Origin: Camelus dromedarius
Taxonomy: Eukaryota
Assembly (NCBI RefSeq): GCF_036321535.1
Contig: NC_087437.1
Location: 47,990,001 to 48,054,000 of the forward strand
Length of the DNA stretch: 64,000 nt
Reading direction: 5' to 3'
Shown: positions 50,081 through 63,990 of the stretch, piece by piece
Layout: every line of letters starts with the position of its first letter
Numbering within the stretch: the stretch's first letter is position 1
Position numbers and translations under genes: made by a program
Notes under the pieces: model-generated
Databases searched by the model: none
Told to the model about the DNA's origin: nothing
The model's input: only the letters and a program-made list of their open reading frames with translations

Positions 50081-50939
50081 AGAGCATGGTAGGGTAACAG
50101 CAAATAAATGTATCTCAAAATAAGAGATTTGAAAAATAAATAATTTAACCTATGCATTGATTCATTTTACCAAGAAGAAAATGCCATATATATATATATA
50201 TAAACCATTATCCCCCCTCAGTGTTCTGATGTAGTTTGCTCTCTAGTGACAAGCTTTTAAGGAGAAAAAAATTTTCAACACAGGCTGTTAAACGTATTGG
50301 TTGTTATGGAAACCATAGTCTCAAAACTAATCAGCAAATCTAGACTCTGATAATCTTGTTGAAGGAAGACGCTTTCTCATTTGAGAAGAGAAAAATCTAC
50401 TCTTTCTGGTGTAAGAGGTAGGGATTCATCCAGGCAGGTGATAGATTGTGATGTAATGATTCTGATTTTTCTTCCCTTTGGACTTGAGATAAGGAAACAG
50501 AAGGATCTGACTCTAAATAAGATTCAGGAAAAATTCCAGTTTCAAGAAGATTATTCAAAGTTGTTGACAAAATCAGGTATAGCTTAAAAAGCAGTTGACA
50601 TAAATTAGTGGTTTTTGAGTTAAGACTTAATTGTTCCTAGAGTTTTGTATCGTTTTTTCTTTGAATATACTGTAATTCAACATCACGTTTTTTACATTAA
50701 AAATGTAAGTGGGACACATCCCTCAGTCTAGCTGTTACAAAGTCATAAACATCGCTACTTGGTCAAGTTTTCCCAAAGAAAATAGGGCAGGAATGTCCAA
50801 ATGAGGGCTAGACTATTAAGTCATGCTATTGTGCTAATGCCTTATACTGAAAAGAATAAATAGAACTCTTTGGGTACATTCAAAAGAAGCTTGAATTCTA
50901 CTTTTCAATGCCATCTAAACTCACATAAATTCTGTACTT

Positions 50940-52000
50940 TTCCTTCATTTGTACTGAGCGCAGTTTGTGTGCCATTCTGGGGAGTGGAGACACAACAGTA
51001 AACACGATAAAGTCCACCCTTTCATGGAGTTTCCAGTTGAGCAGAAGGATATGGTAATAAAAAATACAGATAAATGAGTAATATAAGTTCAGATAATTAC
51101 AGCACTTTAAGAAATAATTATATAGGACAATTACGGAAGACTTCTTTTAGCGATCAAGGAAGACCCCTTAAAGGCACTGATGTGTAAGTGAAAGCACTGC
51201 GGGCAGAGAATATGGAGATGCGCATGAGTTTGGAGGGACAAAGGGACAGAAAAGCCAGTGTGGCTGGAATGTCCCATTGGGTGGGGAGAAGGGACAACAC
51301 GGAATGATAGCAGGGGCCAGAGCATGTCCTGTGGACCATAAGTAAGGACTCTGGATCTCATTTTATTTGTGATGGGAAACTATTGGCAGATTTCACCTGC
51401 CACTATCAGCAGGGAAGTAATAGGATCTGATGTACGCTCTGAGAAGAGAACTTGGAGTTCTTCAGGGGAGCAAGACTGGAAGCCGGGAGACAAGGGAGGA
51501 GGCTGTGGCAGTGGATACTGCCAGGGATACTGCTGGTGTGGAGGAAGGTGTAAGTAGGGTAGGTAATAGATGTGGTTGGAATCCTTTAGTTGGGTCATTA
51601 TTCCAACAGGTCCTCCCTACTGGATTGGCTGTGAGGCTGCAGGGGAAGGAAGAGTGTCTTCTAGGATTTTGGTATGAGCAGATCAAGGTTCTGTTATTGA
51701 ACTGGGGTAGGAACAGGTTTGGAATGTGAGATTTAAGAGTTTGTTTTTTTGACATGTTACATATACAGTGAATCCTAGAACCCAAGTGGCAGAATCAGTA
51801 GGTAATTGAATATTTGCTTTGGGATCTCTGGGGACTAAGAGCCATTGGGGTAGAGGTGGTGTTTAAATCCACAGGACTGAAAGAGATGGTTAAGGAGAAG
51901 ATGGAGATGGAGACGAGGAGGAGCAAGGTCTGTGTCCTGGGACTAGTGTAGACGCACACAAGTGGACGAGCCAGCAAAGGAGACTGGGGAGGAATGGCCT
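50940..52000 (-). mobile_element. L2 LINE fragment
   Basis: cattgtactgagcg...gtgtgccattctgg...gccagtgtggctggaatg...gtaaggactctggatctcattt, a purine-rich reversed L2 body. Confidence 0.75.
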
Positions 52001-52099
52001 GTGAGGTGGGAGAAAACCAGTATCCAGCACAACACACTGCTTGGCACACAGTACATGGTCCACACAAACCTGCTGGAGGAAAGCATGATAGATCTGGCT

Positions 52100-52490
52100 G
52101 CTGCCTCCTTTGCCTGGCTCTTGCTCTCATCTCCCACTGCTCCTCCGTCCCCACCCTGCATTCTAACCTTACCCCATGACCCCTGCAGGACCTCCATGTG
52201 CCAGACACTCATCTGTGCCTCTGTGCATTTGCATGTTTTCTTTCCTCTGCTTTGAATGCCTTCTCCCTCTGCTCCCACTCCCTCTTTTAACTCTGAGTGT
52301 GATGCCTGCTCTTGGGAAACCTCCTCTGTCCCTGTTTTAGGATTTTTAATTATCTTCCACCAGATTTTGAGTACACTGAAGGCAAGGATTGCTCTCTCTC
52401 ATTTTGGGATTTCCAGTGCCTAATGTAGAGTTGGAAAAGAATAGTCACTTAACAAGTGTAATGCTTTTTTAAACAAATAAATGAAGGCAC
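52100..52490 (+). mobile_element. L2 LINE 3' fragment
   Basis: tttgcatgttttctttcctctgctttgaatgccttctccc...tgaaggcaaggattg...ccagtgcctaatgtagag. Confidence 0.7.
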
Positions 52491-54089
52491 TATTCAATTT
52501 GTGAGCATCAATTCAACTTCCTAGATGACTTTACATTCTCCCTAGCTTATGTTTCACCCCCAAATGCCACGAGCAGGTGCCTGGTTAGTTTCCCAGGCCC
52601 AGAGAACACGGTGGCACAACATGTTCAGAGCTCTCTACTTGTGCTTATTCAACTGAAACAGAAGATGCCTTCTGTTCTGTGCACAGCTCATCCATATCTT
52701 ACACGAGAGAAACCTCCTTTGACAAGGCTTTAGAAACATCACCATTTCACCACGTAAACAACTTAGACATCAATGGTGTAGAAGAGATAAAAAGCATACA
52801 GTATGGTTCAAGCCATATCATAAAGGTTCCTTAGCGTCAGCATCATTCAGTGGATTTATGGAAAAAGCTCCTGTTCTTTTGAAAATATTTCAAAGATCCT
52901 ATAAAAATCGTGAAGAAGCCCGATGAATTGCAGTGATTTTACTGGATCACAGTGCTGCTCAATCAATCTCATGTTTAACAATGAGGCGGTATTACACATG
53001 CACCATCAACTTCTCAAAGTGGCTGCATTCTTTCTGCTAAAACCCAGATGTGACACAGCTGTGATGTGGGGCCAATTCCTTCAGTGTAGTTCAGATTTCA
53101 TCAGGACCCTGTACCCAGAATTCTGTAACCAGGACAGGCAACTGTTTCTATTTTCATTTGCAAATGGATGGGGCAGAGCAAGACATAAGAAGGGCTCACA
53201 TCAAACTGTCATAAATGTACAAAGAACAAAGTTGGCTTTAGAGCTAGTGTTCAGAGCTAAAACGGGGACCTATTTAAGAAGAATTTTAAAAGAGAGCCTA
53301 TGTTCACGTCATTCACCCTTTTTGAATTCTGGCACAATTGTAGAGAGCATCAGACCATATTTTTTCAGCACAGGAAAGAATTATTTTGTAAGTGGCACAG
53401 TATTTTCAATCATTTTAGTTGAACCTTGAGCATCTGTCCAAAATTACGTGCGATACGTCCCTTGTAATTATTTTTGCTGAAATCTGTTAACTTCAATAAG
53501 TATACTAATAAAGGAAAGAAAAACACTGAAGAATGGTAGAGAAAATCTGGGGAGGAGGAAGAATATAATAAAAACATGAAAGGAATATTCAACCAATAAT
53601 GAAATATATATAAATAAAATGTAAAAAATATTATAAGTTATTTAATTCAGTGGCCAATTAAGATGATAAATGACAGACAGAAATAGGAAAAAACTGAAAT
53701 ATGTATTTAGTAAGTAGAGAAGATGACTGCTTATCTATTAGAGATACGCTGCAATCCTAGTGATATCTTCTCTTTGAAATTATTATTCTTAGGTTAAGAA
53801 AAATAAAGGTTGAAAACATACTGTCCCTAAGAATGTCACAGGAACACAGAACTAGGAATGATTTTGGCAGAAACTGGAAAATATACTCTGGGCGATAGAG
53901 CAAAAAGTAAACTTGCATTTCTCCTTCGCAATTAGAACCTTGACAAGGAACTTGCTAGGTAAAGATCTGGTAAGTAGAGAAGTTAGGAGTGAAAAATGAC
54001 CGAAGCCTGTGCGGTAAGTTCACGCAAGGAGCTCAGCAACAAATTCAATCAGAACCACATGTTCTCTTTGCCCACTGTGCCTTAAATTG

Positions 54090-54250
54090 CTGCAGCAGGA
54101 ATTTAGATTAGACATAAAGAAAGTATATTCTGATTGAAATGATTGCAAGACATTGAAATGGGTCACCTAGGAAAGTTTTGGAATTATTTCCTAGCAATTG
54201 CTAAAAGTAGAACTGATACTCAGGGATGGCCCTAGGCAAATGTGGAGAAT
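54090..54250 (+). mobile_element. L3/CR1 LINE fragment
   Basis: gaatttagattagacataaagaaag...gacattgaaatgggtcacctaggaaagttttggaat resembles the CR1/L3 3' ORF2 region. Confidence 0.6.
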
Positions 54251-54302
54251 CACAGACTCACAGACCGTCACAGCAGAAGACAGCCTTAGAAATCATCGAA
54301 TC

Positions 54303-54477
54303 CAGAGGTTTCCCAAAATTGTCTTCACACTGAATCACCTGGGGATCTTTTCAAAATTCCCAAACCCAGGCCACAGCCAGGGCAAATGCAATCATGGTCT
54401 CTTGGAGTGGGACAGGCATCAGGATTTTTGGAAGCCCCCCAGGTATTTCCAGTGGGCAGCCTAGTTAGGGTCCTGTG
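54303..54477. mobile_element. MER5-type hAT MITE inside a MIR-like element
   Basis: cagaggtttcccaaa...gaatcacctggggatctttt...gcccccaggtatttcc. Flanked by MIR-like sequence (acaggtgaagaaatcgaggcccagaggg). Confidence 0.65.
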
Positions 54478-56325
54478 GATCCAATTAATGGTCTTAGGTC
54501 ACAGGTGAAGAAATCGAGGCCCAGAGGGGAAACGGGATGTTTTCAAGCCTGCCAAGGCAGCAAGTGGCCCAGGAGAAACAGAGCTCAAGTCTCCTGACCC
54601 TGATCTGATACACAGGGTATGTTTTAAGAGAAGAAAAAAAAACTTATTTTATGTTTATGAAATCAATACATTACCATTATGGACAGTTTTAAAAAACCAT
54701 TGAAATTACCAATGAAAATTAATAATCTCTCCATCTCACTATTCAGAGATAAGTTATGAATTACTGCTGATACTTTGCATTTCCTTCTACTCTTTTCTCA
54801 AAGTCCATATGTACTTTTAAATTTTTGCAAAATTTAGAATCACCCCTAAGAGCATGGCAGTGGGCTTTCTGGAAATCGAGGGAGCTAGAGGTACTGATGG
54901 TGTTGGGTGAGGCTGGGGCACATCTCTGCTGTTTTCTCCCCCTTCTTGATGGACACACAGCCTGAGGCCCCATCTCTCCAGACACTTGCATTTAGCCTGA
55001 GAACCAAATGGTTTCAGGATGGACTATGTAAGTTCTTCCTGAGTAAAGACACAAGCCCATATAGATTTAGTGTCACCAACAGCCATGCACCCATACTAGG
55101 GATGCTAGGGGAAGTCAGACTGAGAAGCTGCATCTGCCCCACGCATGTAGTCACTTCACTTCCATTATGCTTGTGGTCCTTGCTGGAATAAGTCAGGACC
55201 TCACCTGAATTTACAGTGGGCTGTGTGTATTTGTGTGCATGTGTGTTCTCACCCATCTCAGGCAACCTGAACAGTGCAAAGCTATTATTTTGAACAGGAT
55301 AAATCTTTATCATTGATCCAACTGATCACTGTGACTTGATAGGTCCATAAAATCAAACTTCACTAAACACAAGACATAATTCCAATTTTGAAGACTATAT
55401 TGTATTATTGGCACCTGGCCAGTTAAAACTAAAACCTAATTTATGAGGCAACTCATAAATGTGATGCTCACAATTCAACATCTGTTCACCACAGGTAGAG
55501 AATAAAGGCTTTACTATCAAAAGTCAGCTTATTTTGGAAAAGAAGACTCTATTCAGAATACCAAATGAGTCATAAGAAATTATTTATTTAGACAAGGAAG
55601 TGGCTAACTTTAAATGTAGCTTCCTCAACTGTATTCTTTACAGCTGTGGCTTCAATAAACACTGTTACCATCACACAAACACATCTGAGTTTAAATTAGG
55701 GGAAACACACTCAGACTGATTTTACCTCCTCTTTGAAAATGCAAAATTTTTTCACATTTAGGTTTAAAAGCAGAGTGATCTCCGTACCTCCCTTCTGTAT
55801 TCAGATCAGGTAGTGAATCTTGTGTACGTCTGCGTTTTCACTCCAGAGCCACGCAGGACACAGACATGGATTATTTGACTGCTCATCCCTTTTCTACGCT
55901 TACCCAAGCTTTTCGACACAGGCAGCAAATAGTGTTTAATAACCATAATATTCTGATTTGGGGGCTTGAGTTGAGGTTGTTTATTTATTCATTTTTACTC
56001 TTTGGATACAAGGTAAACTAGGATGGAATATCCCTGGAAGCTTTTTATCCTCAGATTTCACCATGCCATTCAGTTTTGTTTTTTTTTTTTTTTACGGGAA
56101 ATCAAAATTTTCTCCAATTATTTGTATATGGCTCATGTATGATATTGATAATTTCTAGCTATGTTTTTAATACCTCTCTACCTTTTACTTACTCTCTCTC
56201 CATGCCTCCAACCCTCTTGGCCCATTAAATACAGCTGCCTTTGTCAGAGGTTGATGTGTGTTTCAATGAATATCAAGTCATTTTAATACAAATTAAAATC
56301 AATATATTACATAAAGAAATCTGAT

Positions 56326-58072
56326 ATCCTGAGAACTATAAAAAACATTGATAAAGAAAATCAAGAATGGGAAAGATATCCCATGCTTTTGGATTGGAAG
56401 AATGAATACAGTTAAAATGGCCATACCATCCAAAGCAATCTACAGATTTAATGCAATCCTTATGAAATTACTCATGACATTTTTCACAGCACTAGAACAA
56501 ATAACCCTAAAATTTACATGAGACTGCAAAAGACCCAGAATTACCAAAACAATCTTGAGGGAAATGAACAAAGCTGGAGGCACAACCCTCCTAGACTTCA
56601 GAAAATTCTACATAGATATAGTAATCAAAACAGCATGGTATTGGTACAAAAACAGACATATAGATCAATGAACAGAAATAAAGACCTCAGAAATAAACCC
56701 ACACACCTATGGTTAATTAATCTTTAACAAAGGAGGCAAGAATATATAATTGGGAAAAGACAGTTCAGCAAGTGGTGTTGGGAAAGCTGGACAGCTGCAT
56801 GTAAATCAGTGAAGTTAGAACACTCCCTCACACCTTACACAGAAATAAATTCAAAATGGCTTAAACACTTAAACATAAGACATAACGCCATAAGCTTCCT
56901 AGAAGAGAACATAGGCAAAACATTCTCTGATATAAATCGTAGCAATGTTTTCTAGGTCAGCCTCCCAAGAAAATAGAAATAAAAGCAAAAATAAACAAAT
57001 GAGACCTAATCAAACTTACAAGCTTTTGCACAGCAAAGGAAACCATAAACAAAAAGGCAACCTATGAACTGGGAGAAAATATCTGCAAACAATGTGACCA
57101 ACAAGGGCTTAATTTCCAAAATATCCAAACAGCTCATACAACTTAATAACAAAAAAAACACCCAATCAAAAAATAGGCAGAAGACCTAAATAGTCATTTA
57201 TCCAAAGAAGACATACAGATGGCCAGCAGGCACATGAAAAGATGCTCAACATGGCTAATTATTAGAGAAATGCAAATCAAAACTACAATGACAGAAGTTC
57301 AGAATGACCATTGTCAAAAAGTGTACAAATAACAAATGCTCTAGAAGGTGTGGAGAAAAGGGAACCTTCAGACTGTTGGTGGAAATGTAAATTGGCACAG
57401 CCAGTGGAGAACAGTACGGAAGTTTCTTAAAAAAATAAAAATAGAGTTACCATATTATCCAGCAATCTCAGTCCCAGGCATATATCCATAAAAGATGAAA
57501 ATTCTAATTTGAAAAAATACTTGCACCCCAATGTTCACAGCAGCACTACTTCTAATAGCCAAAACATGGAAGCAACTGAAGTGTCTACTGACAGATGAAT
57601 GGATAAAGATGTGGTATATATATGCAATGAAATATTACATAGCTGTAAAAAATATGCCATTTGCAGCAATATGGATGGATCCAGAGATGATCATACTAAG
57701 CGAAGTCAGAGAAAGACAAATATTATATGATACCACTTATATATATAATCTAAAAACCAGTAAAAATGAAGTTACTTACAAAACAGAAACAGACTCAGAC
57801 ATAGAAAACAAACTTAAGGTTACCAATGGAGAAAGAGGGGAGGGATAAATTGGGACTATGGGATTAGCTGATACACACTACTATATATAAAATAGATAAA
57901 CCAACAAGGATTTACTGTTTAGCACAGGGAACTATATTCGATATCCTGTAATAAACTATAATGGAAAATAATCAAAAAAAGAATATAGTATATATGTATA
58001 ACTGAATCACTTTGTTGTACACTCAAAACTAACGCAATATTTTAAATCAACTATGCTTCAATAAAAAAAGAA
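56326..58072 (+). mobile_element. 5'-truncated L1 (~1.75 kb)
   Basis: Contains the ORF2 C-terminal region (MFTAALLLIAKTWKQLKC), the 3' UTR and an A tail. TSD core aaatctgat at 56317-56325 and 58073-58081. Confidence 0.95.
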
Positions 58073-58413
58073 AAATCTGATGTAAGAAAAGAAAAAGAAA
58101 TCCCTAACCAAATTCCAAGTCTGAGTAACTTTTAATGTTGTTTACTCTCTGAATCCAGAAGTTTCTCCCTTTATCAACAGCTCCAGGGGAATGTACAAAT
58201 GCAGCTTCGAGTTCTGCCTGCAAGTAATCAGCTGCGTATGTTTGGGCAAGTTCCATAGTGTCTCTGGATTTCAGCCCCTCCGTAAGGTGATGAGGTGAGC
58301 ACTATGAATCCCTGGCATGAAGCACAAACTAAAATGGCCTGTGACATCTCTCACTGTTAAGTACCAGAGGTTCCAGAGAAGACTGGGGATCTCTGGGAAT
58401 GTCATTAAGACCC

Positions 58414-58892
58414 GTGTCGGCTAATCTTTTGTATCAACTCGACTGGGCCATAGAGTACCCAGATGTTTGGTTAAACATCCCTGCGTGTGCCTGTTTCTAT
58501 ATGAGATTAGCATTTGAATTGGTAGACTGAGTAAAGCACTGGCCCTCTCCAATGTAGGTGGCCATCACCTAATCTGTTGAGGGCCTGAATAGAACAAAAA
58601 GGCAGAGGAAGGAAGAATTCCTTCTTTCTCTTGTCTGCTGAGCTACAACATGGTCTCCTGTCCTCAGACTGGGACTTACACCATTGAGTCTTCTGGTCCT
58701 CAGGCCTTTAGATTTGGACCGGAACTCCACCACCAGCTTTCCTGGGTCTCTAGCTTGCAGCTGGCAGACTGTGGGACTTCTCAGCCTCCATAATCCTGTG
58801 AGCCAATTATTTATAATAAATCTCAGTCTCTCTGTCTGCCTTTATCTATATATCCTACTGGTTGTGTTTCTCTGGAGACCCCTGACTGATAT
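58414..58892 (+). mobile_element. ERVL LTR (MLT2 family)
   Basis: tcaactcgactgggcca...gagattagcatttgaattggtagactgagtaaagca...gggacttctcagcctccataatc...tttctctggagacccctgactgata. Confidence 0.88.
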
Positions 58893-61683
58893 AAGATCTA
58901 AGGGGCAGATGACCGATCATCTGGGAGGAAGAAGGAAGACTGGTTACCCTCATGGAAAAGGACCACTTTCTTAATCAATAGAAAATATTTATGTATTGAA
59001 CATCAGCTGTGTATCAACACTGTGTGGTATACTATACGCCCTAGTCACATGAATAAAGGAAATCCAATTTGCCCACAGGGAGTTTATTGATTCTTTACTG
59101 AACCCTGTAGGGTTGAGTTTGGTGTTCTACTTATTAAATCAATGAGCAGTTTAAGTTTTTGTCATTAAAAAAGAGAGATCTCTCATCATCCAGTATCTTG
59201 ATTTTATAAAAAGTCATTTAAAATCAAAATGGAAAGATGGCTCTACTGACCTGAACACAGCACTAAAGACTAGAATTATTTTAACCCCTGACTTTGCTAT
59301 TTGACAAGAATAAGGCATTAACCAACCTGCAGATCTCATTTTTCTTCCTTTACGATAAACCAGGAACAATGATATTCAACATCACAGGAAGCTTTGTAGA
59401 AAGCCGGTGATTGGGTTACATGGCACGGCACTGCTAAGCAAGAGGTGGGGTTCTGAATGTTCCAGATGAGTAGAAGGATGTTATTCCTCCCACAGAAATA
59501 AAATTCCTAGAAAATTATTTAATAATTGGTCCTAAAAGTTAAAAAATCTAGGAAAGAGAAAAAGAGATTGAGAAAGAGAGGATTTCTAACTTTCATACAA
59601 ATATCAGAGCTGCACGGTGCGCGCGGCACAGACTGCTAGCCGTCAGTCAAGACGCAACTTCCTTTCCTGACAGAACTGTGGTCGTTTCGCAGCCTCCCCT
59701 GCGGTTTGGGTGGGGGAGGTGTGGTGGTGGTGTGGGTGCTTAACTGAGCTCCAGCCAGTAGACCGTGAGCAGATGTGACCTGGGCCTGAACTTTGAGGAA
59801 AGTGGGTCTGCCTCAACCTCTCCTTGCCTTCGTAGGGGCTGGAGACACACACCTGCAACGTGGCTTTGACCATGCAGGGGAGGATAACACCCCAAGGTCA
59901 AGGGGAAACAAACTGCAGGGAACGCAGGGCCCTGAGCGGTGGCATGGAAGAGATCTGCCTGCTAGTCTGGGAGTGAAGGGAATTTAGCTAAGCTACTTTT
60001 TGGTCTGGAGCTTGTCTACACATGATAGTCTAGAAGACCAGTCTGTGGATAACTGAAGTTTTTTTAAAATGGGTCAAGTCAAAGATTTATTTACTTTAGT
60101 ATTTACACAGAGGATATCAAGGGGCAGGGAAAGATTTTGGTAGCCGTTCAAAACACCGACTTAAAAAATTATCAGTGAACTCTAAATATCTCTCTTCCTT
60201 TAAATGAATTGCTTATCCATAAATTTATCTAAGACCATCTCACACCTCTTTATACTTCCACCCATATCACCTATGAGGGTTTATCACTAGTCACTCAACA
60301 ATATTTCTCATCTATGCTTCATACTGTTTTTGGAAATCAACTTTTCTTTGTTTAAAATGGAAGGACATTGAATCATTTTGAGAGCACAGCCGCCAGTTTC
60401 CCAATGAACTCGCAGCACATCTAATCTTTATGTGATCTATCTACAATTTGACATGGGAAACACGATAGCTAACATGATGTGCTAAGCTTTAGGAAATCTG
60501 TATCTCAAGCAGTTAACCTCAAGATTCCTTCAACATTGCCCAAAGAATGTCTCCACATATTTTCAGAAGATTTTCTCTTTTTTGGAAATTGAATCTAAGT
60601 CAGAATGATTTAAGTAGTGTTTAATCCATTAATCTCTTCCTCCTACTTCAAAAAGGTGACACTGTCATAGAAAGCAAGAGAAAATACGAGGGGGTGGCAG
60701 AGACAGATAATCTTCTTGGTAGGAGGGCACCCAAGTCAGCAGTTTCTTACATAATCCTGTATTAATAAAAGCAGTTCAAGAATGGTCTCCAATTTTCTTC
60801 AATCATTTAATATTTCTGAGTTGCCTATCAGATCCATGGTGTATACACAGAGAATAACTTCAGGTGGAAACAAAATTTCTGTATGGAAAGAATTCTTAAG
60901 TTTATGTCACTAGAGCCGGGTTTGGTTGTACGTTGTTTTGAACATGACACTTCTTGGTTAAACTTAACAGAGATAAAGGTCACTTACACATCTAGACCAA
61001 AGAATTACTAGTTAGCATTGAACTCTTTCATTATCCATGTTTTTAAACAGTCATTACTAATTTGCCTTTGTTTTTTCATCCAGTGCTACTGAGGGAAAGT
61101 TAGCCCCAGGTCTGAAGAGGGGTTATCTTGTGAGCTGTGTCCCCTGAGACAGGACACAGAAATGGGAAGTCAGGAGGCAGCTTTCAGTGAGGCTTGACAG
61201 GACACAAGTTTGTCTTCTATTAGTCAGCAAGTTCTGGTATTTCTGAAGCACGCATGAAAGAGGTGCTTAGATAAAATAGATGCATTAGAGGAATAAATTG
61301 CTAATTTGTTCATTTATTTATCCAGCAGAAGTTTGCGGCGCCTTGTTCTGCTTCAGCCTCTCTGAAAGGTGCTAAGAGCATCTAGCAAGATGAGACACGA
61401 TCCCACGTGTAAGAAGTCAAAATTTAGCAGGAGATGGACATGTAAATCCATAATGACACCATGGGATAAGCTGCACGTGGTGATCTCCTGAGCTGCAAAT
61501 ATCTGCCATTCTCCCCGATCTTTAAGGGCAGAGCTGTCTTACTCATTTTCTATTCCTAGTCCCTCGCCGAGCGCATGGCCCACAGAAAGAGCTTAAACAT
61601 GTCTGACTAGTCTGTTGCTACATGCAGTTTATTTTGAAGGCTGAGGCACCTCGAGAGGCTGACTAGCTAAACACAGTACCAGA

Positions 61684-61892
61684 AACAGACTCACAGAGTA
61701 AACAATCTTATGGTTACTGGGGAAAGGGTGGGGGGGAATATTTGGTAGTTTGAAATTTACAAATGTTAGCCAATATATATATATAAATAGATTTAAAAGT
61801 TTCTTCTGTATTGCATAGGGAACTATGTTCAGTATCTTGTAATATCCTTTAATGAAAAGAAAAAAAAAAAAAAACGAAAACAAAACAGAAAA
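61684..61892 (+). mobile_element. Very short L1 3' UTR insertion with perfect 15-bp TSD and long A tail
   Basis: TSD aaacacagtaccaga at 61669-61683 and 61893-61907. The body is homologous to the L1 3' UTRs elsewhere in the window. Confidence 0.92.
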
Positions 61893-62819
61893 AAACACAG
61901 TACCAGATGCTGCCTGGCTCTCTCCCTCCCTAACAGTGATGAGAGGTCTTCCTGATGTGTGGGTGTGGGTGTGCTGACTGCCCACGTGACCTCCACTCGC
62001 CTCCGCGGATGCAGCATAGTTCTCTCTAGGCCTTACTGAGCCTCTGGGGCTTCTCCCGGCTTCTCCCTTCTGCGCCTCCCTGTGCATCTTTCCCAGGGAA
62101 CTCATTGTAGCTGATGGTGCATTTAGGCTGCGGGCTAGGAAGAAAATCCAGGAGGAGGCATGGAGGAAGTCCCTCCAGGAAAGAGGCTTTTTTTTTTTAA
62201 AGCCCCAAAATAGAAATATTTGGCTCTTTGTCCTAAAATTTACAATACTTTAAGCTGAGATGAATTTTCAGTGATTTTTCAATAAAATGTAAGGTATGGA
62301 GGCAAAAAGGTTCACCCATACAAGGCCTTGCTAGATCTAACCGTTCAACTTGCACTTGAACAATGTTAGCTTGTGCACCTGAACAGGTTTCCAGGTCACT
62401 GAAGACATGCAATCAGTGTGCACGTGGTGCTCATTGCCTTCCCTCTAGCAGAAAAGATTGTATTTTAGGGCATTTGAGCTCAATGTTAGTTGAATTGCAT
62501 ATTGTCGGGTATTACGTAGTGTAAATATTGACTAGTTTGTTCCACGCAAAATATAAAACATGCCTAACGTTACTCCATGGCACGATGGGCTGGTGTTACC
62601 CGCATTGTTATAAATGCATCTCACTGACCGACACTGAGACCAAGACCAGCCACAGACACTTCAGCACAGTCCCTGGCAGAAACCTGCACGCCACAGATGA
62701 AATTGTTTACATCAACTGTGAAAATGCAAACACTAAATTACATCAGAAGGCGATATGGCCCTTTATAGGAAACAATAGATAGAAGTGTTGTTCACATTAG
62801 GCAATTAACAATTATCTGT

Positions 62820-63290
62820 TAATTTGAAAAATATTTATTCAATAGTTACTAAGTACCAGGCATTGTTCTAGATCTTGGGGTACAATGTTAAATAAGAGAC
62901 AAGATCCCTTTTCTCACGGAGGTTACATTTGAGAGTGGAGAGCCAGACAACAAACAGATAAATGAAAACAAATAAGAAAAGACAAAGTGATAAATATAAG
63001 GGGGGAAAACAAAACTCTGGGTGCTGTGATAGCAACTGGTGGTCAGGTTCGGCTCTGAGTGTCTGAGGCTCTGACACTCAGGCTAGAACTTGAATGACAG
63101 GAAGGAACCTGCCACAGGAGGATCTAGGGGAAGAGTATGCCCCGCAGCGGAAAGCCAGCATGGAGACAGCGGGCAGTGAGGCTGCTGTGCAGGATGAACA
63201 GAGCACGGCAGTGCCCCCGGGGCTCACGTGGGGACGAGGAGCAGAGGAGCTGGAAAGGGGATCAGGTGCCAGGTCATGAGACAGAATGAT
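62820..63290 (-). mobile_element. L2 LINE 3' fragment
   Basis: atttattcaatagttactaagtaccaggcattgttctagatcttgggg...agacaagatcccttttctcacggaggttacatt. Confidence 0.8.
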
Positions 63291-63699
63291 GACCGAAAAA
63301 ATCAGGGTTTAAGAATGGGATAGAATGTGCAATAGAAGGAAAACTGGAATCAGAGGATATAAAAATGGAGAGTCTGGAAAAATTCAGCTTGCTCCAGGCA
63401 TGGTTTCCATCTGGGTCTTACTAGCATTTAGAACAGTCTCTGATGAAGCCAATCTGCACTGCCATTCTTTATTGGTCTTCAGATGAAAAATGTGACACTT
63501 TTAGTTCTTTTGAGAATCTTAGATTCCACTACAGGGTCTGTAACTCACCACTTTTCCCTTGATTACCAACATAATACGTGTTTATGATGGAACATTTGGA
63601 AAATGCAGATAAGCTAATGGAAGAAATAAAATCACTCTAAATCCAGCCACTCAGGGATAACTACTGTTAACATTTGGGCACAGACTCTCTTTATGCTTC

Positions 63700-63990
63700 T
63701 ATAGTGCAGTGATTTAGAATCTGGGCTCTGAGTCTGGGTGAAAAATCATGGCTTTGTAACCTGCTAAATGAGGGTTGTTCATTTCTCAGTCTATCTTAAT
63801 CGCTTATAAAATGCCACATAACTGTACACAATATCTCGTAAGCCTGTTTTCTCATCTGCAGAATGAGAACAGTAATAATATCTTGGTCATAGGACTGCTG
63901 TGAGGATTAAATGCGAATCCACGCAATGTTCCTGAGGTAGTGCCTGGCACACAGGGTGGACTCAAACATGTTAGGTATTATGCTATTAAC
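63700..63990 (+). mobile_element. MIR SINE
   Basis: gttttctcatctgcagaatgaga...cataggactgctgtgaggattaaatg...gtgcctggcacacag. Confidence 0.8.

Noticed and set aside
50940..52490. Oppositely oriented L2 fragments as a dsRNA source
   Set aside because: Too diverged for extended pairing to be evident.
52923..53429. 168-aa plus-strand ORF
   Set aside because: No recognisable domain or protein-like composition. It lies antisense within an intron, and its length is compatible with chance in 64 kb.
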